Assembly (NCBI GenBank): GCA_003864475.1
Contig: BGZO01000002.1
Coordinates: 16,137 to 80,136 of the forward strand
DNA: 64,000 bases
Reading direction: 5' to 3'
Source: Candidatus Termititenax persephonae
GTDB taxonomy: Bacteria; Margulisbacteria; Termititenacia; Termititenacales; Termititenacaceae
Shown here piece by piece: positions 44,970-52,637 of the stretch (the stretch's first letter is position 1; the number at the start of each line of letters is the position of its first letter). The position numbers and the translations under genes were made by a program. The notes beneath the pieces were generated by a model. That model made no database searches. It had not been told where the DNA came from and saw only the letters and a list, made by a program, of their open reading frames with translations.

Positions 44970-46136
44970 TTAAATTTTCTTGCGGTAGACCAGCACTTGC
45001 GCCAGTTTATGTGCGCTGAACAGAGCGCTGACCACCACCGCCCCCGCAAAAACCACGAGCGCGCGCAAAGACAACTGTGATAAAACCAGTGCGCCACCGC
45101 CGATAAGGGCGGCGCAGGCGTAGAGAATCAAGGCCGTCCGCGCCTGGGCAATGCCCAATAAGACCGACTGTCGGGTCGCCTTGCGCCTGTCTGCACTGCG
45201 GATGTAGAACAAAATGATTCTATCCAGCACCCGCTGGACAAATCCTTTCATGCGCGAGAGGCGGTGCGAGGAATGGTCGCGTCCCGGCGTGAAAATCCCC
45301 AGACCATTGAGCGTGCGCAAGACCATGACCAAAAATGTGTCAAAAATCGGCACGGCCAGCACCAGTAAAGGAATCAAAACGCTGATACATTCATAGACAT
45401 ACCCATATTGCCGAAAAAAATCATTATGCCGCAGGACTATTTCCCAGTTGCTGATTTCCTTGACCTGCAAGAGAATGGCGACCGCACCCAGCGTGAAGCC
45501 CAGAAATAACGACCCCAAGTCGCCCATGAAAACTGAAGCCGGGGAAAAATTATATTTCAGAAAAGCCAGCGCGCAGGCGGATAACAACACGCAAAACATC
45601 GCCAAGTCAGGCTGCCCGGCTTGGTGCGCCAGCAAAAAAAAGAAAAACGCCGCGATGGCGGAAATCCCCGCCGCCAGTCCGTCCATATTGTCCAGTAGAT
45701 TGATGGAATTGGTAATAAAAGTCAGCCAGCCGATAGAGAACAGGCTGTTCAAAATATCCCACTCAAAAAAAGTGGTCTTGATGTCAAAAAATAAAACCAA
45801 CAGAGCGGAAACCAGTAATTGTCCCGCCAGCTTTGCCCGCCAAGTCAGGCCGTACTTGTCGTCCCATAGGCCGACCAGTGCAATCAAGGCCGAACACCCG
45901 ACCACCGCTTTGAGATTCAGATTGGTCGCGCCTTCATAGAAAAACCAAAGCGAAATATAGAACGGCAGTAAAATACCCAAGCCGCCCAGCAAGGGTATCG
46001 TCTCCGCCTGCAGTTTTCGCGCCGCCGGTTTGTCCACGATATTCAGCTTCCAAGCCAAAGCCTTGACCAGCGGAACAACCACCAAGGTCAGGACAAAGGC
46101 GACAACAACTGGCCAGAGAAAATCTTCCATGAACAC
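44970..46136 (-). CDS. Polyprenyl-phosphate N-acetylhexosamine-1-phosphate transferase (WecA/MraY family)
   Basis: Multi-TM protein with the NLLDNMDGLAAG motif and a C-terminal extension containing additional TM segments. Confidence 0.8.
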   Translation of the reverse strand: MFMEDFLWPVVVAFVLTLVVVPLVKALAWKLNIVDKPAARKLQAETIPLLGGLGILLPFYISLWFFYEGATNLNLKAVVGCSALIALVGLWDDKYGLTWRAKLAGQLLVSALLVLFFDIKTTFFEWDILNSLFSIGWLTFITNSINLLDNMDGLAAGISAIAAFFFFLLAHQAGQPDLAMFCVLLSACALAFLKYNFSPASVFMGDLGSLFLGFTLGAVAILLQVKEISNWEIVLRHNDFFRQYGYVYECISVLIPLLVLAVPIFDTFLVMVLRTLNGLGIFTPGRDHSSHRLSRMKGFVQRVLDRIILFYIRSADRRKATRQSVLLGIAQARTALILYACAALIGGGALVLSQLSLRALVVFAGAVVVSALFSAHKLAQVLVYRKKI

Positions 46137-46147
46137 TCCTTAAAATA

Positions 46148-48505
46148 TCAGCGCAGTTCCACTTGCAGTTCCCGCCTCAAGGCCTGCACAATCCTCTCGT
46201 GCCTTTCATTGATTTCCTCGTCCTTGAGCGTGCGGTCAGGGGCGCGGTAAGTGAGCGCATAGGCCAAGGACACTTTGCCGTCGGGAATATTCTGGCCCGT
46301 GTAATAATCAAACAGCTCCACGCGCTCAAGGCTTTCGCCCGCCGCGGCATAAATCACTTGTTCAATCTCCGCGGCGGTTATTTGCTTGTCAACCAAAAAA
46401 GCCATATCACGCGCCGCCGAAGGGTACGCCGAGAAGTCCGCAAAAACCCGGTCAAAGTCCGCCATTTTGACCAGCAAATCCAAATCAATCTCCAGCGCCA
46501 AGACCGACTGGACGAGACCGACTTTTTTCAAAATAAGCGGCGACAACTCGCCAGCCGAAAGCAGCGGCAGGTCAAAAGACTTGCCCGGGTGCAGGAAAGG
46601 CGACCGGGAACGCCGGAGCTTTTGCAAAGGTATGCCGCACTCCGCCAAGACCGCTTCGACCAAACCTTTGAGCGTGAAAAAATCTGCCCTAATTGACTGT
46701 TCTTTGCCCAGCGCCCCGAGCGACAAATCGCCTGTCAGCACCGCGGCGACCCGGCTGGCCTCGCCCTGCCGGGTGTAGACCCGACCGATTTCATACAGCG
46801 CGACATTGGCAATCCGCTGGGCTTGATTGGCGGCCACCGCCATAATCAGCTGCGGCCAAAGCGACTGACGCAAAACTGATTCCTCTGCCGACAAGGGATT
46901 GGTAATTTTCAGCGGGTCTTGGAACTGATTGGTTAGGCCGATTTTTTGGTAAATATCCGGCGCGGTCATAGAGTAACTCATGGTCTCGCTCAAGCCGCCG
47001 GACTGCAAGACGCGCCGCAGTATTGCCAATACCCGGTCTCTTTTGCCCCAACCCTCCGGCTGGACGACCAATTGCGGATACGTGGACGGAATCTCAGCAT
47101 AACCGTATATCCGGGCGATTTCCTCAATCAAATCTATCTCACGGTAAACATCATGCGCGCGCCCCGACGGCACGGTTACCAAATAGCCCGCGCCTTGTTT
47201 CTGTGGCTGAAAACGCAAAGCCGTCAAAATCTCCACGATTCTTTGCTCGGCAATATCCACGCCGAGAATCCGTCTCACCCTGTCCGGGCGCAGCTCGACG
47301 GTCAGCGTCCGGGGACGACCCGGGTCGAGGTCAACGATATTGGAAACAACCTCGGCCTGCGCGGTTTGCCGGAACAACTCCAGCGCACGGTAAAAACCGT
47401 CCGCCACGCCGTCATAAGAAATCTGTTTCTCGTAGCGTATTGAAGAATCTGAGCGCAGAGCCGTCGCCCGCGAAGTTTGGCGTATCGCCAAAGGATTGAA
47501 ATACGCGGCTTCCAGCAAAATGTACTGCGTGGTGTCAGATACGCCAGACTCCCAACCGCCCATGATACCCGCCAGACAGGACGGCTTTTCCGCGTCGGCG
47601 ATGACCAGCATATCTTGCGTCAATTTTATTTGCTTCCCGTCGAGGGTTTGTATGGCCTCGCCAGATTTGGCACGCCGGACGATAATCTGGCCGCCGCGCA
47701 ATTGGTCATAATCAAAAGTATGCAGGGGCTGGCCAATCTCGTTCAAGACAAAATTAGTTACGTCAACCACATTATTAATCGGGCGCAATCCCCCGGCGCG
47801 GAGTCTTTTTTGCAGCCAGTCCGGCGACGGCGCAATTTTTACTTTGAGGATACAGCTCATATAGCGTCCGCACAAATCCGGGGCTTCGATTGTGATGTCC
47901 GCTTTTTTCTGTGTGCCGACTTGAATATTCTTTTTTATTTCCGGCAATTTCAGTTTAGCGCCGGAAGCCGCCGCGACTTCTATGGCGATATTGCGATAGG
48001 ACTGCAGGTCGCCGCGGTTGGGCAGAATCCCCAGTTCATAAATACTGTCCGCCAAACCCGCATACTCGGCAAAATCCTGTCCCACCGGGGCATCGTCCGG
48101 CAATTCAATGATGCCCGTAGATGTATCCGCCAAGCCCAGCTCTTTTTCCGAACAGCACATGCCGTAAGAATCCACGCCGCGCAGTTTAGCTACTCCCAAT
48201 TTGATACCGCCGGGCAATTCTGCGCCGACCAGAGCCAGAGCGGTCTTCAAGCCCACCCGCACATTCGCCGCGCCACAGACGATTGGCAAATCTTCCCTGC
48301 CCGTGTCAACTTTGAGTACATGCAGTTTGTCGGCCTGCGGGTGTTGGTTGACCTCTTTGATCTGCGCGACGACCACACCTTTGACCGCGCCGCCCGCTTG
48401 AAAACTCTCCACTTCCAAAATCTTGGCATTAAAGAGTTCATACAACTCCTGCGGAGTCTGTTTGATTTCCACGTAATCTTTCAGCCAGTTCAACGAGATT
48501 CGCAA
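46148..48505 (-). CDS. pheT: Phenylalanine-tRNA ligase beta subunit
   Basis: 785 aa. N-terminal MRISLNWLKDYV followed by the tRNA-binding, B3/4, B5 and FDX-ACB regions in colinear order. Confidence 0.95.
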   Translation of the reverse strand: MRISLNWLKDYVEIKQTPQELYELFNAKILEVESFQAGGAVKGVVVAQIKEVNQHPQADKLHVLKVDTGREDLPIVCGAANVRVGLKTALALVGAELPGGIKLGVAKLRGVDSYGMCCSEKELGLADTSTGIIELPDDAPVGQDFAEYAGLADSIYELGILPNRGDLQSYRNIAIEVAAASGAKLKLPEIKKNIQVGTQKKADITIEAPDLCGRYMSCILKVKIAPSPDWLQKRLRAGGLRPINNVVDVTNFVLNEIGQPLHTFDYDQLRGGQIIVRRAKSGEAIQTLDGKQIKLTQDMLVIADAEKPSCLAGIMGGWESGVSDTTQYILLEAAYFNPLAIRQTSRATALRSDSSIRYEKQISYDGVADGFYRALELFRQTAQAEVVSNIVDLDPGRPRTLTVELRPDRVRRILGVDIAEQRIVEILTALRFQPQKQGAGYLVTVPSGRAHDVYREIDLIEEIARIYGYAEIPSTYPQLVVQPEGWGKRDRVLAILRRVLQSGGLSETMSYSMTAPDIYQKIGLTNQFQDPLKITNPLSAEESVLRQSLWPQLIMAVAANQAQRIANVALYEIGRVYTRQGEASRVAAVLTGDLSLGALGKEQSIRADFFTLKGLVEAVLAECGIPLQKLRRSRSPFLHPGKSFDLPLLSAGELSPLILKKVGLVQSVLALEIDLDLLVKMADFDRVFADFSAYPSAARDMAFLVDKQITAAEIEQVIYAAAGESLERVELFDYYTGQNIPDGKVSLAYALTYRAPDRTLKDEEINERHERIVQALRRELQVELR

Positions 48506-48544
48506 AGCTTTTCTCCTTAAAATTAATTTCCTCTTGCAGTTTCT

Positions 48545-49072
48545 CTAACTTTCTCTTTCAGCTTCGCTCGCCAGCAAATCCAACAATTTCTGACGCGCCG
48601 CCACTATTTTAACTTTCGCCAATTGCTGAATTTCTACTCCCAAATCAGATCCAAACATATAACTAATATCTCCATCAATCACGCGTATCGCCTGCAGTAT
48701 ATCCTCCAGCACTATATTCCCGGCACGCCTGCTGAGCTGGCCAATAATTTTTTCCAAAGCAGCCCGATTCGCGCCAAGCAGCGCACGGTACAATTCAACG
48801 AAGTCAATATTCCGCAGAGCGTTTTGCATAACAGCATCAGAATAACCAATAATTTTTTCATTAAACTCCGGCGGGGCAGTTTCATAGCGTTCAATATCAC
48901 GCAGGGCTATGATATACTCATACCTCGCCAAGGCCTCCTCATCATGACTGTAATAAGCCTGAATATAATCCGCTCTGGTAAACTCCTTAAAACCCCAGTC
49001 AGATTCCTTTCCCTTATCATGAACCTTCTTGCCTTCGATAAAACCAACCGTTTTGCCAGACATCATTTTCAT
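48545..49072 (-). CDS. Hypothetical protein with a FliG_C/MgtE_N-like helical domain, inserted between pheS and pheT
   Basis: 175 aa. The segment LRNIDFVELYRALLGANRAALEKIIGQLSRRAGNIVLEDI parallels the FliG C-terminal pattern (vD..dLa.ALkGas.el.ekil.nmSkRaa.ml.ed). The N-terminal 85 aa are unrecognised. It looks lower in GC than its neighbours by eye. Confidence 0.45.
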   Translation of the reverse strand: MKMMSGKTVGFIEGKKVHDKGKESDWGFKEFTRADYIQAYYSHDEEALARYEYIIALRDIERYETAPPEFNEKIIGYSDAVMQNALRNIDFVELYRALLGANRAALEKIIGQLSRRAGNIVLEDILQAIRVIDGDISYMFGSDLGVEIQQLAKVKIVAARQKLLDLLASEAERES

Positions 49073-49088
49073 AAGTAATACCTCCTAG

Positions 49089-50105
49089 TCAAAACTGCCG
49101 CAAAAACCGCAAGTCCGAGGCGTAAAACAAACGAATATCTTTAATGCCGTATTTGAGCATGGCGATGCGCTCAACGCCCAGTCCAAAAGCGAAGCCCGTG
49201 TATTTTTCAGGGTCAATATTCACGGCCTGGAAAACATTGGGGTCGACGGAGCCGCTGCCCAAAATCTCAATCCAGCCGGTATTTTTGCACAAGGCACAGC
49301 CCTGCCCGCCGCAGACAAAACATTCCACGTCAACCTCGGCAGACGGCTCGGTAAACGGAAAAAACGAATTGCGAAAACGCACCCGACGCTCCGCCCCGAA
49401 CATTCTTTTTAAAAATAATTCCAGCGTGCCTTTGAGGTCGCCAAAAGTGATATTTTCGCCGACGACCAGGCCCTCGACCTGATGAAACACCGGAGAATGT
49501 GTCGTATCCGCATCACAGCGGTAAACACGCCCCGGCATGATTGCCTTGATGGGCAGAACGCCCTGCTCCATGAGACGAATCTGCACCGGGGAAGTATGCG
49601 TACGCAATACGCGGCCATCGTCCAAGTAAAAAGTGTCATGCATGTCGCGCGCCGGATGATTCGGGGGAATATTCAAAGCCTCAAAATTATGAAAATCGTC
49701 CTCAATCTCCGGGCCATCGGCGACCGTATAACCCAGCCCACGGAAAACCTCGACAATCTCCGCCAGCGTAGTCGTCAAGACATGCGGCCGTCCCGCCGGG
49801 ATGCGCCGTCCCGGCAAAGTAATGTCGATAGATTCCGAGGCCAATTTTTGTTGAATCTCTTGGTTTTCCAATTCCGCCCAACGGGCATCCAGAGCCGCGG
49901 CAATCGCGGACTTGACCTCATTGCTGATTTTGCCAATCAGCGGCCGCTCCTCTTTGGACAAGCCGCCCAGCCCGCTCAAAATCGCCGTCAACTCGCCTTT
50001 TTTGCCTAAATATTTTATCCGCAAGTCTTCCAGAGACTTGAGGCTGTCAATTTTTGCCACGGCAGACAATGCGGAGACCTGAAGCTCTTTCAATTTCACC
50101 TGCAT
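49089..50105 (-). CDS. pheS: Phenylalanine-tRNA ligase alpha subunit
   Basis: Class II motifs FRNSFFPFTEPSAEVDV and GFAFGLGVERIAMLKYG. Confidence 0.96.
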   Translation of the reverse strand: MQVKLKELQVSALSAVAKIDSLKSLEDLRIKYLGKKGELTAILSGLGGLSKEERPLIGKISNEVKSAIAAALDARWAELENQEIQQKLASESIDITLPGRRIPAGRPHVLTTTLAEIVEVFRGLGYTVADGPEIEDDFHNFEALNIPPNHPARDMHDTFYLDDGRVLRTHTSPVQIRLMEQGVLPIKAIMPGRVYRCDADTTHSPVFHQVEGLVVGENITFGDLKGTLELFLKRMFGAERRVRFRNSFFPFTEPSAEVDVECFVCGGQGCALCKNTGWIEILGSGSVDPNVFQAVNIDPEKYTGFAFGLGVERIAMLKYGIKDIRLFYASDLRFLRQF

Positions 50106-50157
50106 AGTGGGGAAAATTATAACATAACAAACTCAAAACAGCAGGGAAAACTAAAAT

Positions 50158-50664
50158 CTAGCCTTGCGCTTTAAGTTTCTGCAAAGCATCCTTGGCCGCC
50201 GCCTGCAGATTTTGGCGGTAATCCGCGTAAGTCAAGGGCTTAGCCGAATTACCTGACCAAGCGTCCAGCACCAAACAAAAAAACACCGAATGTCCCGGCA
50301 ATTCTTTTACTTCCGTTACCCGGCAACGCAGATACGCCGCGGCATCTTGCAGCACAGGCAGGGCATCCTTGAGCGTGTGCGGCACATTCCGCCATTTGTC
50401 CACGGCACGGGCGGACTGCAAACCAAAATTGGCCACCACAAAGGGGTCGACATTCTCCGCCAGCACGGACAAGGTAAATTCTTTTTCCGCCTTGAGCAGC
50501 TCATTGGTCAAATTATTTTTCAAGCTGGAGAGAACCAAAATATTCTGCTCCCCGCCGTCAACCTGCGCGAGCGCGTCCACCACGCAACCGCCGAACCATT
50601 GCGGAGCCTTCACGCCAACCACGTAAAGTCCGTGGGTAAGTTTATATAAAGCCGTCTTGTCCAT
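50158..50664 (-). CDS. Flavin reductase-like FMN-binding protein
   Basis: 168 aa. The pattern LYKLTHGLYVVGVK...FTLSVLAENVDPFVVANFG is typical of the flavin reductase domain family. Confidence 0.6.
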   Translation of the reverse strand: MDKTALYKLTHGLYVVGVKAPQWFGGCVVDALAQVDGGEQNILVLSSLKNNLTNELLKAEKEFTLSVLAENVDPFVVANFGLQSARAVDKWRNVPHTLKDALPVLQDAAAYLRCRVTEVKELPGHSVFFCLVLDAWSGNSAKPLTYADYRQNLQAAAKDALQKLKAQG

Positions 50665-50680
50665 TTATCTTCCTCCCGCC

Positions 50681-51433
50681 TTACTGCGCCAAGTAGCCGC
50701 CGTCCACCACAAATTCAGCCCCGGTCGCAAATTTGGCCTCGTCCGAAGCCAAATACACACAAAGGTGCGCGATGTCTGACGGCTCGCCGATATGTCCCAT
50801 CGGGGTCTGCTGACGCTGGGATTGATATTCTTCCAGACGGGGCGGCACCATCGGGGTCTTGATATAGCCCGGATGCACCGTATTGACCCGCAAATTGTAA
50901 TCATGCTTGGCACAGTAAAGCGCCGCGCTCTTACTGAGAATACGCACGCCGCCTTTCGAGGCATTATAGGCCGCCAGATTCGGGTCGCCGACAAAGCCCT
51001 CTATCGAGGATAGATTAATAATCGAAGCCCCCATTTTCTGATTTTTCATATTTATAACGCCGTATTTAGTGCCGAGAAAAACACCGTCCAGATTGATAGC
51101 CATAGTCTTGCGCCAGTCTGCCAAACTGACATGCTCTATGTCGCCGCCGATGGCAATGCCCGCGCTATTCACCAAAATATGCACGGCGCCGTGCCATTTT
51201 ATGACCTGGGCAAAAAGGTCTGCCCAACCTTTTTCGTCGGAAGTGTCCTGCTGCACATAACGAATCACTTCCTGTCCTCCGATAGACTCCGCCGCTTTTT
51301 GACCGACATCCGCCCGCCGTCCAGTAATCACCACTTTGGCTCCCTCCCGGACAAACTCTTGGGCGGTGGCCAAGCCAATGCCGCTAGTGCCTCCAGTAAT
51401 AATTGCCACCCTTCCATTTAAACGCCCTGACAT
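50681..51433 (-). CDS. Classical SDR oxidoreductase
   Basis: I prefer the start at MSGRLNGRVAIITGGTSGIG (51433), which has AAGGAGG upstream. NSAG and the YNASK catalytic motif are present. Confidence 0.85.
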   Translation of the reverse strand: MSGRLNGRVAIITGGTSGIGLATAQEFVREGAKVVITGRRADVGQKAAESIGGQEVIRYVQQDTSDEKGWADLFAQVIKWHGAVHILVNSAGIAIGGDIEHVSLADWRKTMAINLDGVFLGTKYGVINMKNQKMGASIINLSSIEGFVGDPNLAAYNASKGGVRILSKSAALYCAKHDYNLRVNTVHPGYIKTPMVPPRLEEYQSQRQQTPMGHIGEPSDIAHLCVYLASDEAKFATGAEFVVDGGYLAQ

Positions 51434-51484
51434 AATTAGCCTCCTTAGTAAAAATTTTAACATAACCTTGCCATTCATATTTCC

Positions 51485-51517
51485 ATAAATTAAGAATGAT
51501 TCTTATTCTTAATTTAT
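51485..51517. promoter_or_regulatory. Perfect 13-bp inverted repeat (ATAAATTAAGAAT-N7-ATTCTTAATTTAT) upstream of the SDR gene
   Basis: The arms at 51485-51497 and 51505-51517 are exact reverse complements. They lie 52-84 nt upstream of the SDR start. This is operator-like, but no regulator gene is adjacent. Confidence 0.45.
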
Positions 51518-51550
51518 ACCATTATACACACTTACGTTAAAAAAGCAAGA

Positions 51551-51947
51551 ATCGCACCGCAGGGCTGGGAAAGGAGACGACTGAGCCTGTATTTCCTTGC
51601 GCGGCGCGTCGAACTTAACCCTGTCAGCTCGGTTAGCTGACAGGACTTCCTCGGCGGCGTGAAGCCGCTTTCGGTCGCAAGCAAAGCGAAGTTAAGTGAG
51701 GCTCAGCCGCTGGCTCGGTCAGCCAGCGACACTTCCTCCGCGGCTTGTAGCCGCAGTCGGTCGCAAGCGCGTGAAACGTGCGACGTGTGGAAGTACCCCC
51801 GACCGAGCCGGAATTACCTATCCGGCGAGGAAGTCCCAGTGCGCGACCAGCGCACGGAGTGCCGCCTACCGGGCTGGAAAAGGGTACGACCGAGGGCGGA
51901 TTTCCTTGCGCCCGAGGAAGTACCCCCAGCCTACCGGGCTGGGGGTA
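51551..51947. repeat. Mosaic of two-hairpin repeat modules (REP/BIME-like), two direct and two inverted copies plus fragments
   Basis: Units lie at 51620-51682 (+), 51708-51768 (+), 51801-51857 (inverted) and 51888-51946 (inverted). Each consists of stem / YGGTN loop / stem, then ACTTCCTC, then a second stem-loop, then TCGGTCG. No plausible CDS covers the region. Confidence 0.8.
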
Positions 51948-52015
51948 TATTTCCCCAAAAAGTGGGTATACATCTCTGTGGACGCAATAACAGGCATATG
52001 GAAGGAGAACAAATT

Positions 52016-52162
52016 ATGGGAATGGGCGATAATTTAAAAAAAGCACTGGTAATGTCTCTGGTTACACTGGCAATCGGGTCGTTAGGCTTGGCCAATGATG
52101 TAAGCATCGAGTTAGCCCAAACATCGGAAATGATGACACCGACGATTGAGATAATGGCGTAA
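52016..52162 (+). CDS. Small exported peptide precursor (48 aa), function unknown
   Basis: GGAAGGAGAA lies 7 nt upstream of the ATG. The sequence MGMGDNLKKALVMSLVTLAIGSLGLA|NDVSIELAQTSEMMTPTIEIMA shows signal-peptide-like n/h/c regions. Confidence 0.5.
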   Translation: MGMGDNLKKALVMSLVTLAIGSLGLANDVSIELAQTSEMMTPTIEIMA

Positions 52163-52183
52163 ACAAAATTTAGGAGGAAGAAA

Positions 52184-52426
52184 ATGCGACAACTATATAC
52201 GATAGACATATCTACTGGAGCAGTAGGCGGGGCATATACCCCCCCCCCCACTACCAGTTACGCCCCCGTCAGAAATGTAACGGATTCTGCTTTAGAAAAC
52301 ACAGTGGGTACAGTAAAGTATACTGGCAATAACATTACAAATGTTTTTAAGAATGCTCTTGAGAAATTGACTAATACTAATAGTCCCCTAAAAATAATAA
52401 TACCGTACATCCCAGAAAATAACTAA
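52184..52426 (+). CDS. Hypothetical 80-aa protein containing a C11 tract
   Basis: AGGAGGAAGAAA lies immediately upstream of the ATG. I recognise no domain. The tract at 52239-52249 encodes TPPP. Confidence 0.5.
   Translation: MRQLYTIDISTGAVGGAYTPPPTTSYAPVRNVTDSALENTVGTVKYTGNNITNVFKNALEKLTNTNSPLKIIIPYIPENN
52239..52249 (+). repeat. Homopolymeric C11 tract inside a CDS
   Basis: I counted 11 consecutive C. A change of plus or minus 1 nt gives a stop codon within about 15 (minus 1) to 30 (plus 1) codons in both alternative frames. Confidence 0.95.
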
Positions 52427-52445
52427 CCAAAAGGAGAAAAATAAC

Positions 52446-52637
52446 ATGGCACAAATAATGAGAAAACCAGAAATTGAAAAAAATGTCCGCGAGAAATTGG
52501 ACATCAGCAACGGCGATAGTTTGTACCGCGCCTTGATGAGCAAGGACATGCAGGCGTTAGAAGCGCTCGCCGCCAAATTTGGCGAACAAGGCAAGGAATT
52601 GATTGAGGCTTTTCGCGCGGCCAGAGCGGCAGCGTAA
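52446..52637 (+). CDS. Hypothetical 63-aa helical protein
   Basis: AAAGGAGAAAAATAAC lies upstream of the ATG. The sequence is Ala/Glu/Lys-rich and predicted helical. Its stop codon directly abuts the polA stop on the opposite strand. Confidence 0.5.
   Translation: MAQIMRKPEIEKNVREKLDISNGDSLYRALMSKDMQALEALAAKFGEQGKELIEAFRAARAAA

Noticed and set aside
51551-51947. The idea that the ~87-bp-period hairpin repeats (or the 57-bp repeats at 32.1 kb, or the 14-bp repeats at 39.9 kb) form a CRISPR array.
   Set aside because: There is no constant repeat sequence: the stems differ between copies. Units occur in both orientations, there are no unique spacers of regular length, and the window contains no cas genes.
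51659-52162. A 167-aa ORF spanning the hairpin-repeat mosaic, together with overlapping ORFs 51696-52037 and 51778-51990.
   Set aside because: The first ~120 codons are translated GC-rich palindromes (Arg/Ser/Pro/Ala-rich) with no RBS. Only the last 48 codons, which have their own strong SD at 51999-52008, look like a gene.
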